DNA of 17,336 nt from a bacterium (GTDB lineage: Bacteria; AUK180): the NCBI GenBank assembly GCA_030622125.1, contig JAUXGM010000033.1:1-17336 (forward strand), given 5' to 3'. Positions within the stretch are counted from its first letter, which is position 1. Each line of letters opens with the position of its first letter. Shown one piece after another: positions 1-7,530 of this stretch. The position numbers and the translations under genes were made by a program. The notes below the pieces were generated by a model, which had not been told where the DNA came from, did not search any database, and saw nothing but the letters and a program-made list of their open reading frames with translations.

Positions 1-240
1 CATACGTTGCTTGCATCGTGTGTCCCAAGAAAGTTGAGATGTGTCCCGGATTCTTCCTTAGATAACGATAGACCACCCGAGAACAATATAACCAAAGGAA
101 ATAAGTTCAAAGATTCAAAAGAAAATGCACTGAAAACAGGCGGGACATACGTTGCTTGCATCGTGCGTCCCAAGACTGTGTCCCGGATTCTTGCCGAAGG
201 CATCATGTGTCCCGAGACTCTGGTACACTTTTTCCCATTA
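1..240 (+). repeat. GC-rich (about 50% vs about 30% background) internally duplicated structured element. Possibly the 3' end of a plus-strand ncRNA or UTR entering from beyond the left window edge.
   Basis: Near-identical copies of CATACGTTGCTTGCATCGTG(T/C)GTCCCAAGA occur at 1-30 and 148-177. The motif GTGTCCCGR occurs three times (39-48, 177-185, 207-215). GGGACATACG...CGTGCGTCCC (143-172) can fold as an imperfect stem-loop. ORF 7..243 overlaps but merely re-reads the DNA repeat. Confidence 0.35.
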
Positions 241-2788
241 TAATATACGGACGTTTTACATTTGCCCGTAAACTTGTGTATGGATTTATATAAATATTTT
301 TTCCTAAGAAATGATTTAAAATGGAATTGTCAAATTTTCTATCTGAAAATCCCGAAAGAACAATAACATTTACATTCTCATCTTTCAATCTTTTGTAAAC
401 AGAATAATTGATATTCCGGAAGATAAAACTCCGTTCTCCTATTTCTATGAGTTCTTTTAGTTCATCAAATTCACAGGGAGAGTTGAAAAAGATGATCTTT
501 TTTCTTACATCATCATTAAACTTATGATTATAGAGTGATGCTATGCCAATATCTTCTTTGCCAAACCCTAATTTCCCATAAATTACTTTTCCTTTCGCTT
601 CTATAAAAAGTGAATTATTCCTTATTTTTTTAACCTCACCGGCAACAAGTGCTTGAATATCTTCATTATTATACTTTGCAGTTATTGTAATCTTCTTATT
701 TTTTAAATCAATATCTTTTATGATGCCGGATTTAGGTGAATATATATTCTTAAAGATACATTGACCGTTATAGATGGCATCTCCCTTTATAAGAGGGAAA
801 TTATACTTGTTTATTCGAAATTCTTTATCAATATCAATCACAATGTCATCTCTAAAATTATCAATATCTCTACTCGAAATAATTATATTGTTCTCACTGT
901 CAATTTCTTCTATCTTTCCGGAGTAGGGAAAGTAAAAATTGGGATCTCCCCTTCCCCATTTTTCATTTACAATCTTAAAGATTGCTTCTTTCTGCTTAAA
1001 ATTATTTCCCGGTTTTTTAAGATATTCGATCTTGTCATCTTTCTTTAAAAAAATATTTCTTACTACTATCTCCTTGATTTTACTGCCGCAGGAAGCAATT
1101 ATGGACTCTGAATTGACCATTTCCTTTTCCTTTACCCTTATTTTGTAAGGATAAGGAACGATCTTTTCCACTGTGATATTATCATCTGTTTTTATTTCCG
1201 ATAATTGTTCTTTTAATTCTAATCTATTATTTTTTTTATCAAATTGGGCAAAATTTATAAAATCCCTTTTCTTGAAATTATTAATATCCACTTTTGAAAA
1301 AATGAGACCGGAAAGATTCTTTTTTAAGATCTTAATGTCCCTCTTTGAATCTTCTATTAAAAGATAGTTCTTATCATAATTTTTAAGAAAAAATTTTTCA
1401 TTTCGCTTTGTAATGTATCCGCAAAATTCAATGTGCTGTTTTTGAATTTCATCAACATTAAAATCAGAATTTTTCAAAAGATTACCAAGATGAGGTAAGA
1501 TAAAATAGTTATCCTTATATATCTTTATCCTTTTATTAGTATTCAGTGCACTGTCAATTACCTTCATTGTATCTTCACGACTTAAAATGATAAATATTCC
1601 ACCCGAAAGAATAATATTATCAATATATTCGGTCTTATAGGTTTTCTGATTCCTAAATTTTTCTAATTCCTTTCGGCTTTGAAGATTTTTTTTGGTCTTG
1701 AGCGATTTATAATAATCCCTGAAATGTATATCCATCGCTTTTCTTATAGCAAGAGAGGCAAGGATCATTTCAAATTGTTCTTCCCTGTTGGATTTTGGAT
1801 TATCGGTAGGATTTGAATACTTATTCCCTATATAGTTATGAAATGATTCCATATCAATATTATATCCGAAAAAAGCATTAACAAAATTGAGATATTTTTC
1901 CGTATAGATATTGGCAATATTGTAACTCATTCCGAGATTTGCGACAACGGTTCGTTTGAAATTCCCATCAATATTTGAAAAAATATCTGTTGTTGCACCA
2001 CCAAGATCAATGGCAAGGATTGTCTCCTTTGTATCTTTATATCTTTTAAGTAAAAATTCTTCAACGGCAAGAGGGGTAGGTAGGATTTTATTTTTTGTAT
2101 AGTTATAAATTCCTTTAAATCCGGGGGCGATTTTCATCACATGGTTGGTAAAGATATCCTGAATTATATTTTTTACCTTATAAACATTCTCATCCATAAT
2201 CTTTGGTCTAATATTTTCCGAAAAATATATTTTATAGTGTTCGTTTAACAGTATTTCAATATATCTTCGTGCCTTGCTATTTCCTGCATAAATAAGAGGA
2301 ATTTTTTCGCCTGTTAAATAATTTCTTGGAGTTCCGTAAGAAAGTATATAGGCAAGTTCAATAATATTTGAGGTACCGCCGCCTTCAATTCCACCTATAA
2401 ATAGGATCATATCTGGTCTTGATTCTATGATTTTTGTAATCTTTTCAATCCTGGTCAAGGGGAAATCAAGGGTTACCTTATCTGCTATAACTCCACCCGA
2501 TATCTGTGCTGCCCTTACAGCGGAATTTCCCGATATTGAAGAGGTGAGAGCAATAACAAGAATCTTTAGTCCACCACCGGCTGAACTTGTTATATAAATA
2601 TTTTCCATTGGACAATCAACTGAATTATTCTTAAAAAGTTCTTTGATAGCGATTGTAACATCATTGTTTGGTGCTTCAACCGTTGTGGGTTGTCTGTCCT
2701 GAAGAATAATATTTTTTATGACATTGTCTTTTTTTTCAAAGCCAATAAGTTTTGTTGTTGTACTTCCAACATCAATACAGTAAATCAT
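203..2788 (-). CDS. MutL/GlmL-family (glutamate-mutase accessory-like) ASKHA-superfamily ATPase in the N-terminal roughly 475 aa, fused to a roughly 390-aa lysine-rich C-terminal extension of unknown function (861 aa).
   Basis: N-terminus MIYCIDVGSTTTKLIGF matches the DxGST(x)TK phosphate-1 motif of the MutL/GlmL actin-like ATPase family. Internal SSAGGGLKILV, FIGGIEGGG, LAIDLGGATTDIF and C-proximal NIILSGGIF are actin-fold phosphate-2/adenosine motifs. Residues 476-861 have no family I can name. Confidence 0.7.
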   Translation of the reverse strand: MIYCIDVGSTTTKLIGFEKKDNVIKNIILQDRQPTTVEAPNNDVTIAIKELFKNNSVDCPMENIYITSSAGGGLKILVIALTSSISGNSAVRAAQISGGVIADKVTLDFPLTRIEKITKIIESRPDMILFIGGIEGGGTSNIIELAYILSYGTPRNYLTGEKIPLIYAGNSKARRYIEILLNEHYKIYFSENIRPKIMDENVYKVKNIIQDIFTNHVMKIAPGFKGIYNYTKNKILPTPLAVEEFLLKRYKDTKETILAIDLGGATTDIFSNIDGNFKRTVVANLGMSYNIANIYTEKYLNFVNAFFGYNIDMESFHNYIGNKYSNPTDNPKSNREEQFEMILASLAIRKAMDIHFRDYYKSLKTKKNLQSRKELEKFRNQKTYKTEYIDNIILSGGIFIILSREDTMKVIDSALNTNKRIKIYKDNYFILPHLGNLLKNSDFNVDEIQKQHIEFCGYITKRNEKFFLKNYDKNYLLIEDSKRDIKILKKNLSGLIFSKVDINNFKKRDFINFAQFDKKNNRLELKEQLSEIKTDDNITVEKIVPYPYKIRVKEKEMVNSESIIASCGSKIKEIVVRNIFLKKDDKIEYLKKPGNNFKQKEAIFKIVNEKWGRGDPNFYFPYSGKIEEIDSENNIIISSRDIDNFRDDIVIDIDKEFRINKYNFPLIKGDAIYNGQCIFKNIYSPKSGIIKDIDLKNKKITITAKYNNEDIQALVAGEVKKIRNNSLFIEAKGKVIYGKLGFGKEDIGIASLYNHKFNDDVRKKIIFFNSPCEFDELKELIEIGERSFIFRNINYSVYKRLKDENVNVIVLSGFSDRKFDNSILNHFLGKNIYINPYTSLRANVKRPYIIMGKSVPESRDT
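207..233 (+). terminator. Weak candidate intrinsic terminator: hairpin GTGTCCC/GGTACAC with loop GAGACTCT, followed by TTTTT.
   Basis: Stem 207-213 pairs with 222-228 with one mismatch, and a T-run lies at 229-233. Orientation fits a plus-strand transcript coming from the left. It overlaps the stop codon of the convergent minus-strand CDS ending at 203. Confidence 0.3.
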
Positions 2789-2796
2789 AATAATTC

Positions 2797-2825
2797 ATTA
2801 TAATCTTAAAAGACAAAAAAATCAA
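2797..2825 (-). promoter_or_regulatory. Sigma70-like promoter for the 861-aa gene, likely producing a leaderless or near-leaderless mRNA.
   Basis: On the minus strand: TTGATT (2825-2820), 17-nt spacer, TATAAT (2802-2797), then only 8 nt (gaattatt) before the ATG at 2788. No Shine-Dalgarno is visible. Confidence 0.45.
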
Positions 2826-2831
2826 TTTTAA

Positions 2832-2851
2832 TGGGGACGGTGGTTAGTTTG
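2832..2851. repeat. Left arm of a perfect 20-bp inverted repeat, TGGGGACGGTGGTTAGTTTG.
   Basis: Exact reverse complement of 3007-3026. Imperfect extension about 10 bp inward (ATTAGTTTCC vs ATTAACTTAC). GC-rich relative to the flanks. Sits 6 bp upstream of the -35 of the 861-aa gene promoter. Confidence 0.9.
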
Positions 2852-3006
2852 ATTAGTTTCCTCACGTATTATTATATATCTTCTTTAGCCATATTTCTTT
2901 TATCATTGGGAAATATTAATTTACAGTTTTAGAAATTATTTTCGTTCCTTTTTTGTTAAAATTCTAATTGTTGATATATAGGCATATAAAAATTTAGTAA
3001 GTTAAT

Positions 3007-3026
3007 ACAAACTAACCACCGTCCCC
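3007..3026. repeat. Right arm of the perfect 20-bp inverted repeat, CAAACTAACCACCGTCCCCA.
   Basis: Reverse complement of 2832-2851. Overlaps the last five codons and the stop (I-G-D-G-G-stop) of CDS 3012..4103. The arms bracket 155 bp of AT-rich DNA (2852-3006). Confidence 0.9.
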
Positions 3027-4103
3027 AATATAAACTCTAATGTTATTTTTTTTCAAATACTTAATGCCCCATTTCATCCCTATTCGTGGTTTTTTACCCC
3101 ATCTTTCAGGGATCATTGACGGAACAATTAGAATATCACCGCTTTTTACCCTTTTATAGATATCGTTAAATAATATATCTTGACAGACGGCAAGTTTTAA
3201 AGTATGATTTTTGTAAATTATACAATCATTTATCGGTTCTTTCTTTATATGTGCTTCAAGAAATGGAATAGGATGATGTTTGTAGGTAAAGCTCTCATCA
3301 TCTTTGGAAAATAATGCAGCCCAGGATTCATGCTTTTCCTCGTTCTTCTTTGTAAATCCAAACGCCAAAAAACCATTTTCCTTAAAGTAAGGTGCAAATA
3401 TTGTTTTTATCTTGCCCTTTTCCTTTTGAAAATCCCTCTTAAATATATATTCATTCAGGATGGTACCGTCAAAACCCGCCATTCCATTGATAGTCTCAAT
3501 AATATTAAGTTCCTTATAAAGTTTCGGTGTTGAGATATGAAGGTAAAATAAATTTTCATTTATCTTCTTTGGGAAAAAATTTAAAAATAGGATCACTACT
3601 ATTGAAAAAATAATTCCCCTTTTGAAAGGAATAACGAGGATTATTATTGCAAGAATTATTGAAGAAAGATAGGGTCTTAACGGAAAATTGATATTAAATA
3701 TATTTACTAACGGATACGATATCAAAAGAGGCGGAAAAATGGAAAGAGTATTTAGTATAAATTCAACGATGGCAAAAAGCGGAACAAAGAGAATCAATGA
3801 AAAGATATTTTTTTTAAAAAGTATCAGAAAAGAAATAAGGTATAAAATAAAGATCAAGAAAAAAGCAAGTAAATAATACCATTTGATCGCTCTCACTGTC
3901 CAGAAAGTATTAGATAAAAGCAAAAAGAAAAGAAAAAAAACTAAATGTGAAGTCCGTCTTTTTCTAAATAATATCCATAATCCAAAAATGAACAGCAGAT
4001 AAAATACTAACGAGTTAGAGTAATAAAAAAAAGATAAAATGTATGAAAAAACCGCTATGCCAATAGCGTATAAAATATTACCTTTTACCTTTTTGAGACT
4101 CAT
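3012..4103 (-). CDS. Polytopic membrane protein with a compact C-terminal carbon-nitrogen hydrolase domain, apolipoprotein N-acyltransferase (Lnt)-like but shortened (363 aa).
   Basis: About 190 aa of hydrophobic helices are followed by a soluble domain containing TYKHHPIPFLE (compare the Lnt catalytic-Lys motif Y-N-KHH-L-VPF-GE), LAVCQDILF (compare the Lnt catalytic-Cys motif AICYEI) and a candidate Glu at ILNEY. The E-K-C spacing is compressed, and the roughly 100 C-terminal residues of canonical Lnt are absent. Start overlaps the upstream SPFH gene by 26 nt. Confidence 0.5.
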   Translation of the reverse strand: MSLKKVKGNILYAIGIAVFSYILSFFYYSNSLVFYLLFIFGLWILFRKRRTSHLVFFLFFLLLSNTFWTVRAIKWYYLLAFFLIFILYLISFLILFKKNIFSLILFVPLFAIVEFILNTLSIFPPLLISYPLVNIFNINFPLRPYLSSIILAIIILVIPFKRGIIFSIVVILFLNFFPKKINENLFYLHISTPKLYKELNIIETINGMAGFDGTILNEYIFKRDFQKEKGKIKTIFAPYFKENGFLAFGFTKKNEEKHESWAALFSKDDESFTYKHHPIPFLEAHIKKEPINDCIIYKNHTLKLAVCQDILFNDIYKRVKSGDILIVPSMIPERWGKKPRIGMKWGIKYLKKNNIRVYIGDGG

Positions 4104-5043
4104 TAACTATATCTTCAAGGTTCATAATTGTCGTCTGGTCGGTTACGATCACCTTTATATTATTTGAAAGTTTATTTACATAGAGCCAATTGCTATAGCC
4201 GGGATTTTGTTTTATTGCTTTACCGATTTGCTGAATCTTAGAAACCTCACCGGACGCCTCTATTTTTTTTCTTTCCGCTTCTTTTTGTTCTCTATCTAAA
4301 ACATATTCCATCTTCTGGGCATGCTGTTCTGCAATCTGCTTCTCCTCAATCGCCCTTTGAAATTCCTTTGGGAATACAATATCCCGCAATAATAATCTAT
4401 CAATAATGATCCCTTTATCTTTTATACTGTTTTTAAGACTTTCAAAAAGCTTTTCCTGAACCTCAGCCCTTTTTGAAGAATACAATTCCATAACTTTATA
4501 TTGTGAAACCGTATTTCTGATCAAAGAACGAATTGCCGGACGAAGTATCTTTTCTTCGTAATTTTCTCCGATGGTTTTGTGTAATAAAACCAGCTTTTCA
4601 GTATCTAATCTGAACCATAGAGTAAGATCAACACCTACCTGTAACCCTTCTTTTGTAGGGGACCATACGGAATCGTCGCCGTAGACTTTACCTTCTGATT
4701 TTGCAACAGACATCGTATATTCCTGTATCCGAATATCGTATTTATCAAGTTTGTAAATAAAGGGAACAATTATGTGAAAACCCTGTGTAAGCGTTGAAAG
4801 ATTTCCTCTTTTTGAAAGCTGATTAAATTTCACGATCGCAGTACCGGGTCTTACGATAACAACACCTTGGATAAGAATGATAATAAAAAGGATAATGGCT
4901 AAAATAGTAACAATCAATGCGGGCTTTATTCCGCTGCCTATTTTTTTCCCTTTTTCATTTACCCATTTGTGACCAGACGGCATAGAAGAAAAAATTATCA
5001 CAATAGCACCGATGAGAAGTATCAAAAAAATTACAAGTCCCAT
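4078..5043 (-). CDS. SPFH/band-7 (prohibitin/HflC/flotillin-like) membrane protein.
   Basis: N-terminal TM helix, then an SPFH core (VIVRPGTAIVKFNQLSKRG ... FHIIVPFIYKLDKYDIRIQEY ... QVGVDLTLWFRL), then a Glu/Lys-rich coiled-coil tail (EEKQIAEQHAQKMEYVLDREQKEAERKKIEA). Perfect AGGAGG Shine-Dalgarno 5 nt upstream of the ATG. Confidence 0.85.
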   Translation of the reverse strand: MGLVIFLILLIGAIVIIFSSMPSGHKWVNEKGKKIGSGIKPALIVTILAIILFIIILIQGVVIVRPGTAIVKFNQLSKRGNLSTLTQGFHIIVPFIYKLDKYDIRIQEYTMSVAKSEGKVYGDDSVWSPTKEGLQVGVDLTLWFRLDTEKLVLLHKTIGENYEEKILRPAIRSLIRNTVSQYKVMELYSSKRAEVQEKLFESLKNSIKDKGIIIDRLLLRDIVFPKEFQRAIEEKQIAEQHAQKMEYVLDREQKEAERKKIEASGEVSKIQQIGKAIKQNPGYSNWLYVNKLSNNIKVIVTDQTTIMNLEDIVNESQKGKR

Positions 5044-5051
5044 AGAACCTC

Positions 5052-5687
5052 CTATTTTATTAGTTCGAAAACTAAATAATTATTATTCAAGCCATTTATT
5101 CCTAAATATCTTACGGAATAACCTTCATATTCAAAACTCTCTATTTCTGTATAAATTTTTGTATTTTTAAGAAAATATATGCCCGGTATATTACCTTCTT
5201 TTGTGTATATTAGCGGATATTCTGCTCTCTTAGAGATACTGATGGGCGAAATTATATTTACTCCCTTTGCAATAAGCGAGCCGATCGCACCTACTGTGCC
5301 TCCCGTTTCCGAATAGATAAATACACCGACACCATCATCCTCAAATAATAGGTTTCCGCCTTTTATGAAATAATCACCGGTTCCGAGTTGTGAGAGTCCC
5401 TCTTTAAACATTACTCTTTTTACATTCCCTTTATTCAGTAGGATCAATTTTTCTCTTTTTTCCGTTTCTGTTACAGCAAAAGCCCCGTTTTTGATCTTTC
5501 CAGCAGTATAACCCTCATATTCAACATTGATATTTAAAGCTTTTAATATGTAATAATTTGTTGAACCGTAATTGATCAGTATCATTTTATTTTTAAGTGC
5601 ATCCATAAAAAAATCTTCTTTAATTAGGTTCGTAGCAATCTTTTCTTTTGCCTCTTCAATAGATAATATCTTCATTATTCTTTTCAT
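5052..5687 (-). CDS. Hypothetical protein (211 aa), likely an alpha/beta Rossmann-like fold. No confident family.
   Basis: Full-length ORF in operon context (7-nt gap after the upstream stop, 8-nt gap to SPFH). Contains ILINYGSTNYYILKAL and YSETGGTVGAIGSLIAKGVNIISPIS, which faintly recall PurE/LarB-type and DeoR-C sugar-phosphate-binding folds, but not convincingly. Confidence 0.6.
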   Translation of the reverse strand: MKRIMKILSIEEAKEKIATNLIKEDFFMDALKNKMILINYGSTNYYILKALNINVEYEGYTAGKIKNGAFAVTETEKREKLILLNKGNVKRVMFKEGLSQLGTGDYFIKGGNLLFEDDGVGVFIYSETGGTVGAIGSLIAKGVNIISPISISKRAEYPLIYTKEGNIPGIYFLKNTKIYTEIESFEYEGYSVRYLGINGLNNNYLVFELIK

Positions 5688-5694
5688 TTTTCCA

Positions 5695-7521
5695 CTACAT
5701 TTTTATGTTTCCTTCTAAAATAGGAAGTAAATGTTTCTGAATATGATATTTTTCATCATCATCTACTTCTTTATAAAATTCCATTAAGACCCTTCTACAT
5801 AAAATCTCGTAATAGATCTGTTTCTCCTCTTGTGCAAGGGTAGCAGCAAGTTCCATTGAACTAATTGCCTTTCTTATATCAATATCTTCATACATTATCC
5901 CTTTCAAGTAGAAATAATACATGAGAATATCATTTTTCTTTATTTCATTTATATTTATTTTATCCAAAATTTCTCGTGCTCTTTCTCTGTTATTTTCATA
6001 AAAATTTATTTCTGCTTCAAGCAGATCGATCTCGTAATTTCTTTGGAATTCAGTTTTAAGGTTATGATAGATCATTTTTGCACTTACAAAATCTTGAGCA
6101 AGCATAAAATTTTTTATCCGTTCCATATATGATAAATAAATCCCATTTTTGAGATGCAATCTTTTTGAAAGTCTATAATTCATGAGAAAATCTTGTTCCG
6201 CCTTTTTAAACTTGCTCATCAAACTGTAAACCTTACCTCTGCCGCCATAACTTATTGAAAGTCCGTAATTATCATCAAGATCATTTTTTAGATCTATTGA
6301 CTTATTATAGTATTCAAGTGCTCTTTTAAAATTTCCGAGATCAAAATCAATGCGTCCTAAAACATCATAAAGTTTTGCCAAATTAAGTGAAATTTCTTCG
6401 TATAATAGGTAATTTTCATCAAAAATTTCAAAAAATTTAATTCCCATTTCAAGATTTCCACCTTGCTCTTCTAATAATTTTTTTGCAAGTTCCTGGTATA
6501 TATCCTCTGCATAAGACATTTCTACAAGGGCAGCTTCCTTTCTCATCGTTTTCCAGTAAGCCATTGCAAGATGTCTCAACGCTCTTGCCTTTTCAAATGG
6601 CGTAATATCCTTATTTGATAATACCATTTCCGATATATTTATCACCTCATCATATTCTTTCTTATAATAATGATATAATGCCATTTCATTTAAGAATTTG
6701 TCGTTAATTGCAACTTTGTATTTAATTGACATTTTTTCTATTCTATCGATAGTTTTTTTTGAATCACCGAGCCTCTTCATTTTATTTTGGACCTCTAATA
6801 TTTTAAGTTCCAATTTGAACGCATGTTGTGGTGTTGAGACTTTCTTAATAGCATTTTTAAAAAGTCTTATCGCCTCTAACCAAAGAGTTCCTTCATCCGT
6901 AGAGGCAAAGTTTATACCTTTCAAGTATTCTATTTCTCCAAAATTAAAAAGTTCATGAAAAATATCAACAATTTGGGGATCAAATAGAATTCCTCTATTT
7001 TCAAGGATCTCTTTCATTGCTTCATTACTAGTTTTTTGTCTTCTGTAAACTCTATTTGTTGTCATTGCATCAAAACTGTCACAAACAGCAATGATCCTTG
7101 AGATCAACGGAATTTCCGTATTTGATAATTGATCAGGATAACCGCTGCCGTTCCATCTTTCGTGATGGTGCTTTATTATTTTAGCGATCTCCTTTAAAAA
7201 CGGATGTCTACTCAATATGTGCTGGGCATAGATTACATGTTTCTCCATCTCAATGGCTTCTTCTCTTGTGAATTTCCCTTTCTTTTTAAGAATGGCTTCG
7301 GGGATTTTTGCTTTTCCAATATCGTGGAGTTGAGCGGCTAAATATGTTCTGAAAATACTATCCTTGTCCAAATCAAGCCTTTCTACTATCTTCATTGAAT
7401 ACAATCTTACCCGTTCCGAATGCCCCCAGGTATATTTATCCTTTGCATCAATTGATTCTGTCAAATACTTTATCGAAAGTATAAATAAGTCTTGTGCCCT
7501 TAATTGGAATACTTCTCTCAT
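5695..7521 (-). CDS. HD-GYP domain phosphodiesterase (c-di-GMP signalling) with a roughly 380-aa C-terminal TPR-like repeat region (608 aa).
   Basis: HD motif AAQLHDIGK plus HHERWNGSGYP (HHExxDGxGYP consensus with D to N). C-terminal half is rich in TPR-like helical repeats (LGNFKRALEYYNKSIDL, GKVYSLMSKFKKAEQDF, AMAYWKTMRKEAALVEM). Confidence 0.88.
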   Translation of the reverse strand: MREVFQLRAQDLFILSIKYLTESIDAKDKYTWGHSERVRLYSMKIVERLDLDKDSIFRTYLAAQLHDIGKAKIPEAILKKKGKFTREEAIEMEKHVIYAQHILSRHPFLKEIAKIIKHHHERWNGSGYPDQLSNTEIPLISRIIAVCDSFDAMTTNRVYRRQKTSNEAMKEILENRGILFDPQIVDIFHELFNFGEIEYLKGINFASTDEGTLWLEAIRLFKNAIKKVSTPQHAFKLELKILEVQNKMKRLGDSKKTIDRIEKMSIKYKVAINDKFLNEMALYHYYKKEYDEVINISEMVLSNKDITPFEKARALRHLAMAYWKTMRKEAALVEMSYAEDIYQELAKKLLEEQGGNLEMGIKFFEIFDENYLLYEEISLNLAKLYDVLGRIDFDLGNFKRALEYYNKSIDLKNDLDDNYGLSISYGGRGKVYSLMSKFKKAEQDFLMNYRLSKRLHLKNGIYLSYMERIKNFMLAQDFVSAKMIYHNLKTEFQRNYEIDLLEAEINFYENNRERAREILDKININEIKKNDILMYYFYLKGIMYEDIDIRKAISSMELAATLAQEEKQIYYEILCRRVLMEFYKEVDDDEKYHIQKHLLPILEGNIKM

Positions 7522-7530
7522 TTTATAAAA

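Noticed and set aside
1-240. Possible RNase P RNA, SRP RNA, tmRNA or glycine/guanidine-II riboswitch identity for the GC-rich left-edge element.
   Set aside because: Only partial resemblance (for example AAUCCGGGACAC versus the RNase P P4 GAAAGUCCGGGCUCC; an ACG-containing loop versus guanidine-II). None of the diagnostic conserved blocks is intact, so no named RNA family is claimed.
7-243. 78-aa ORF on the plus strand (MLASCVPRKLRCVPDSS...).
   Set aside because: Its sequence is generated by re-reading a duplicated DNA motif (YVACIV-R/C-PK twice). It lies in a GC-rich hairpin-forming element and overlaps the stop of the convergent 861-aa gene. More plausibly non-coding structured DNA/RNA than a protein.
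2832-3026. Interpreting the inverted-repeat pair as a simple Rho-independent terminator for the upstream operon.
   Set aside because: A 20-bp stem enclosing a 155-nt loop is not terminator geometry. A T-rich tract does follow the left arm on the minus strand, so some termination or processing role cannot be excluded, but the IR-plus-core architecture points to a switch, MITE or processing site instead.
5052-5687. Assigning the 211-aa protein to PurE/LarB or to a DeoR-C sugar-binding family.
   Set aside because: Only short motif-level resemblance (I-x-I-x-x-GS and GG-x(4)-G ... P-I), with the wrong spacing relative to those families. Kept as hypothetical.
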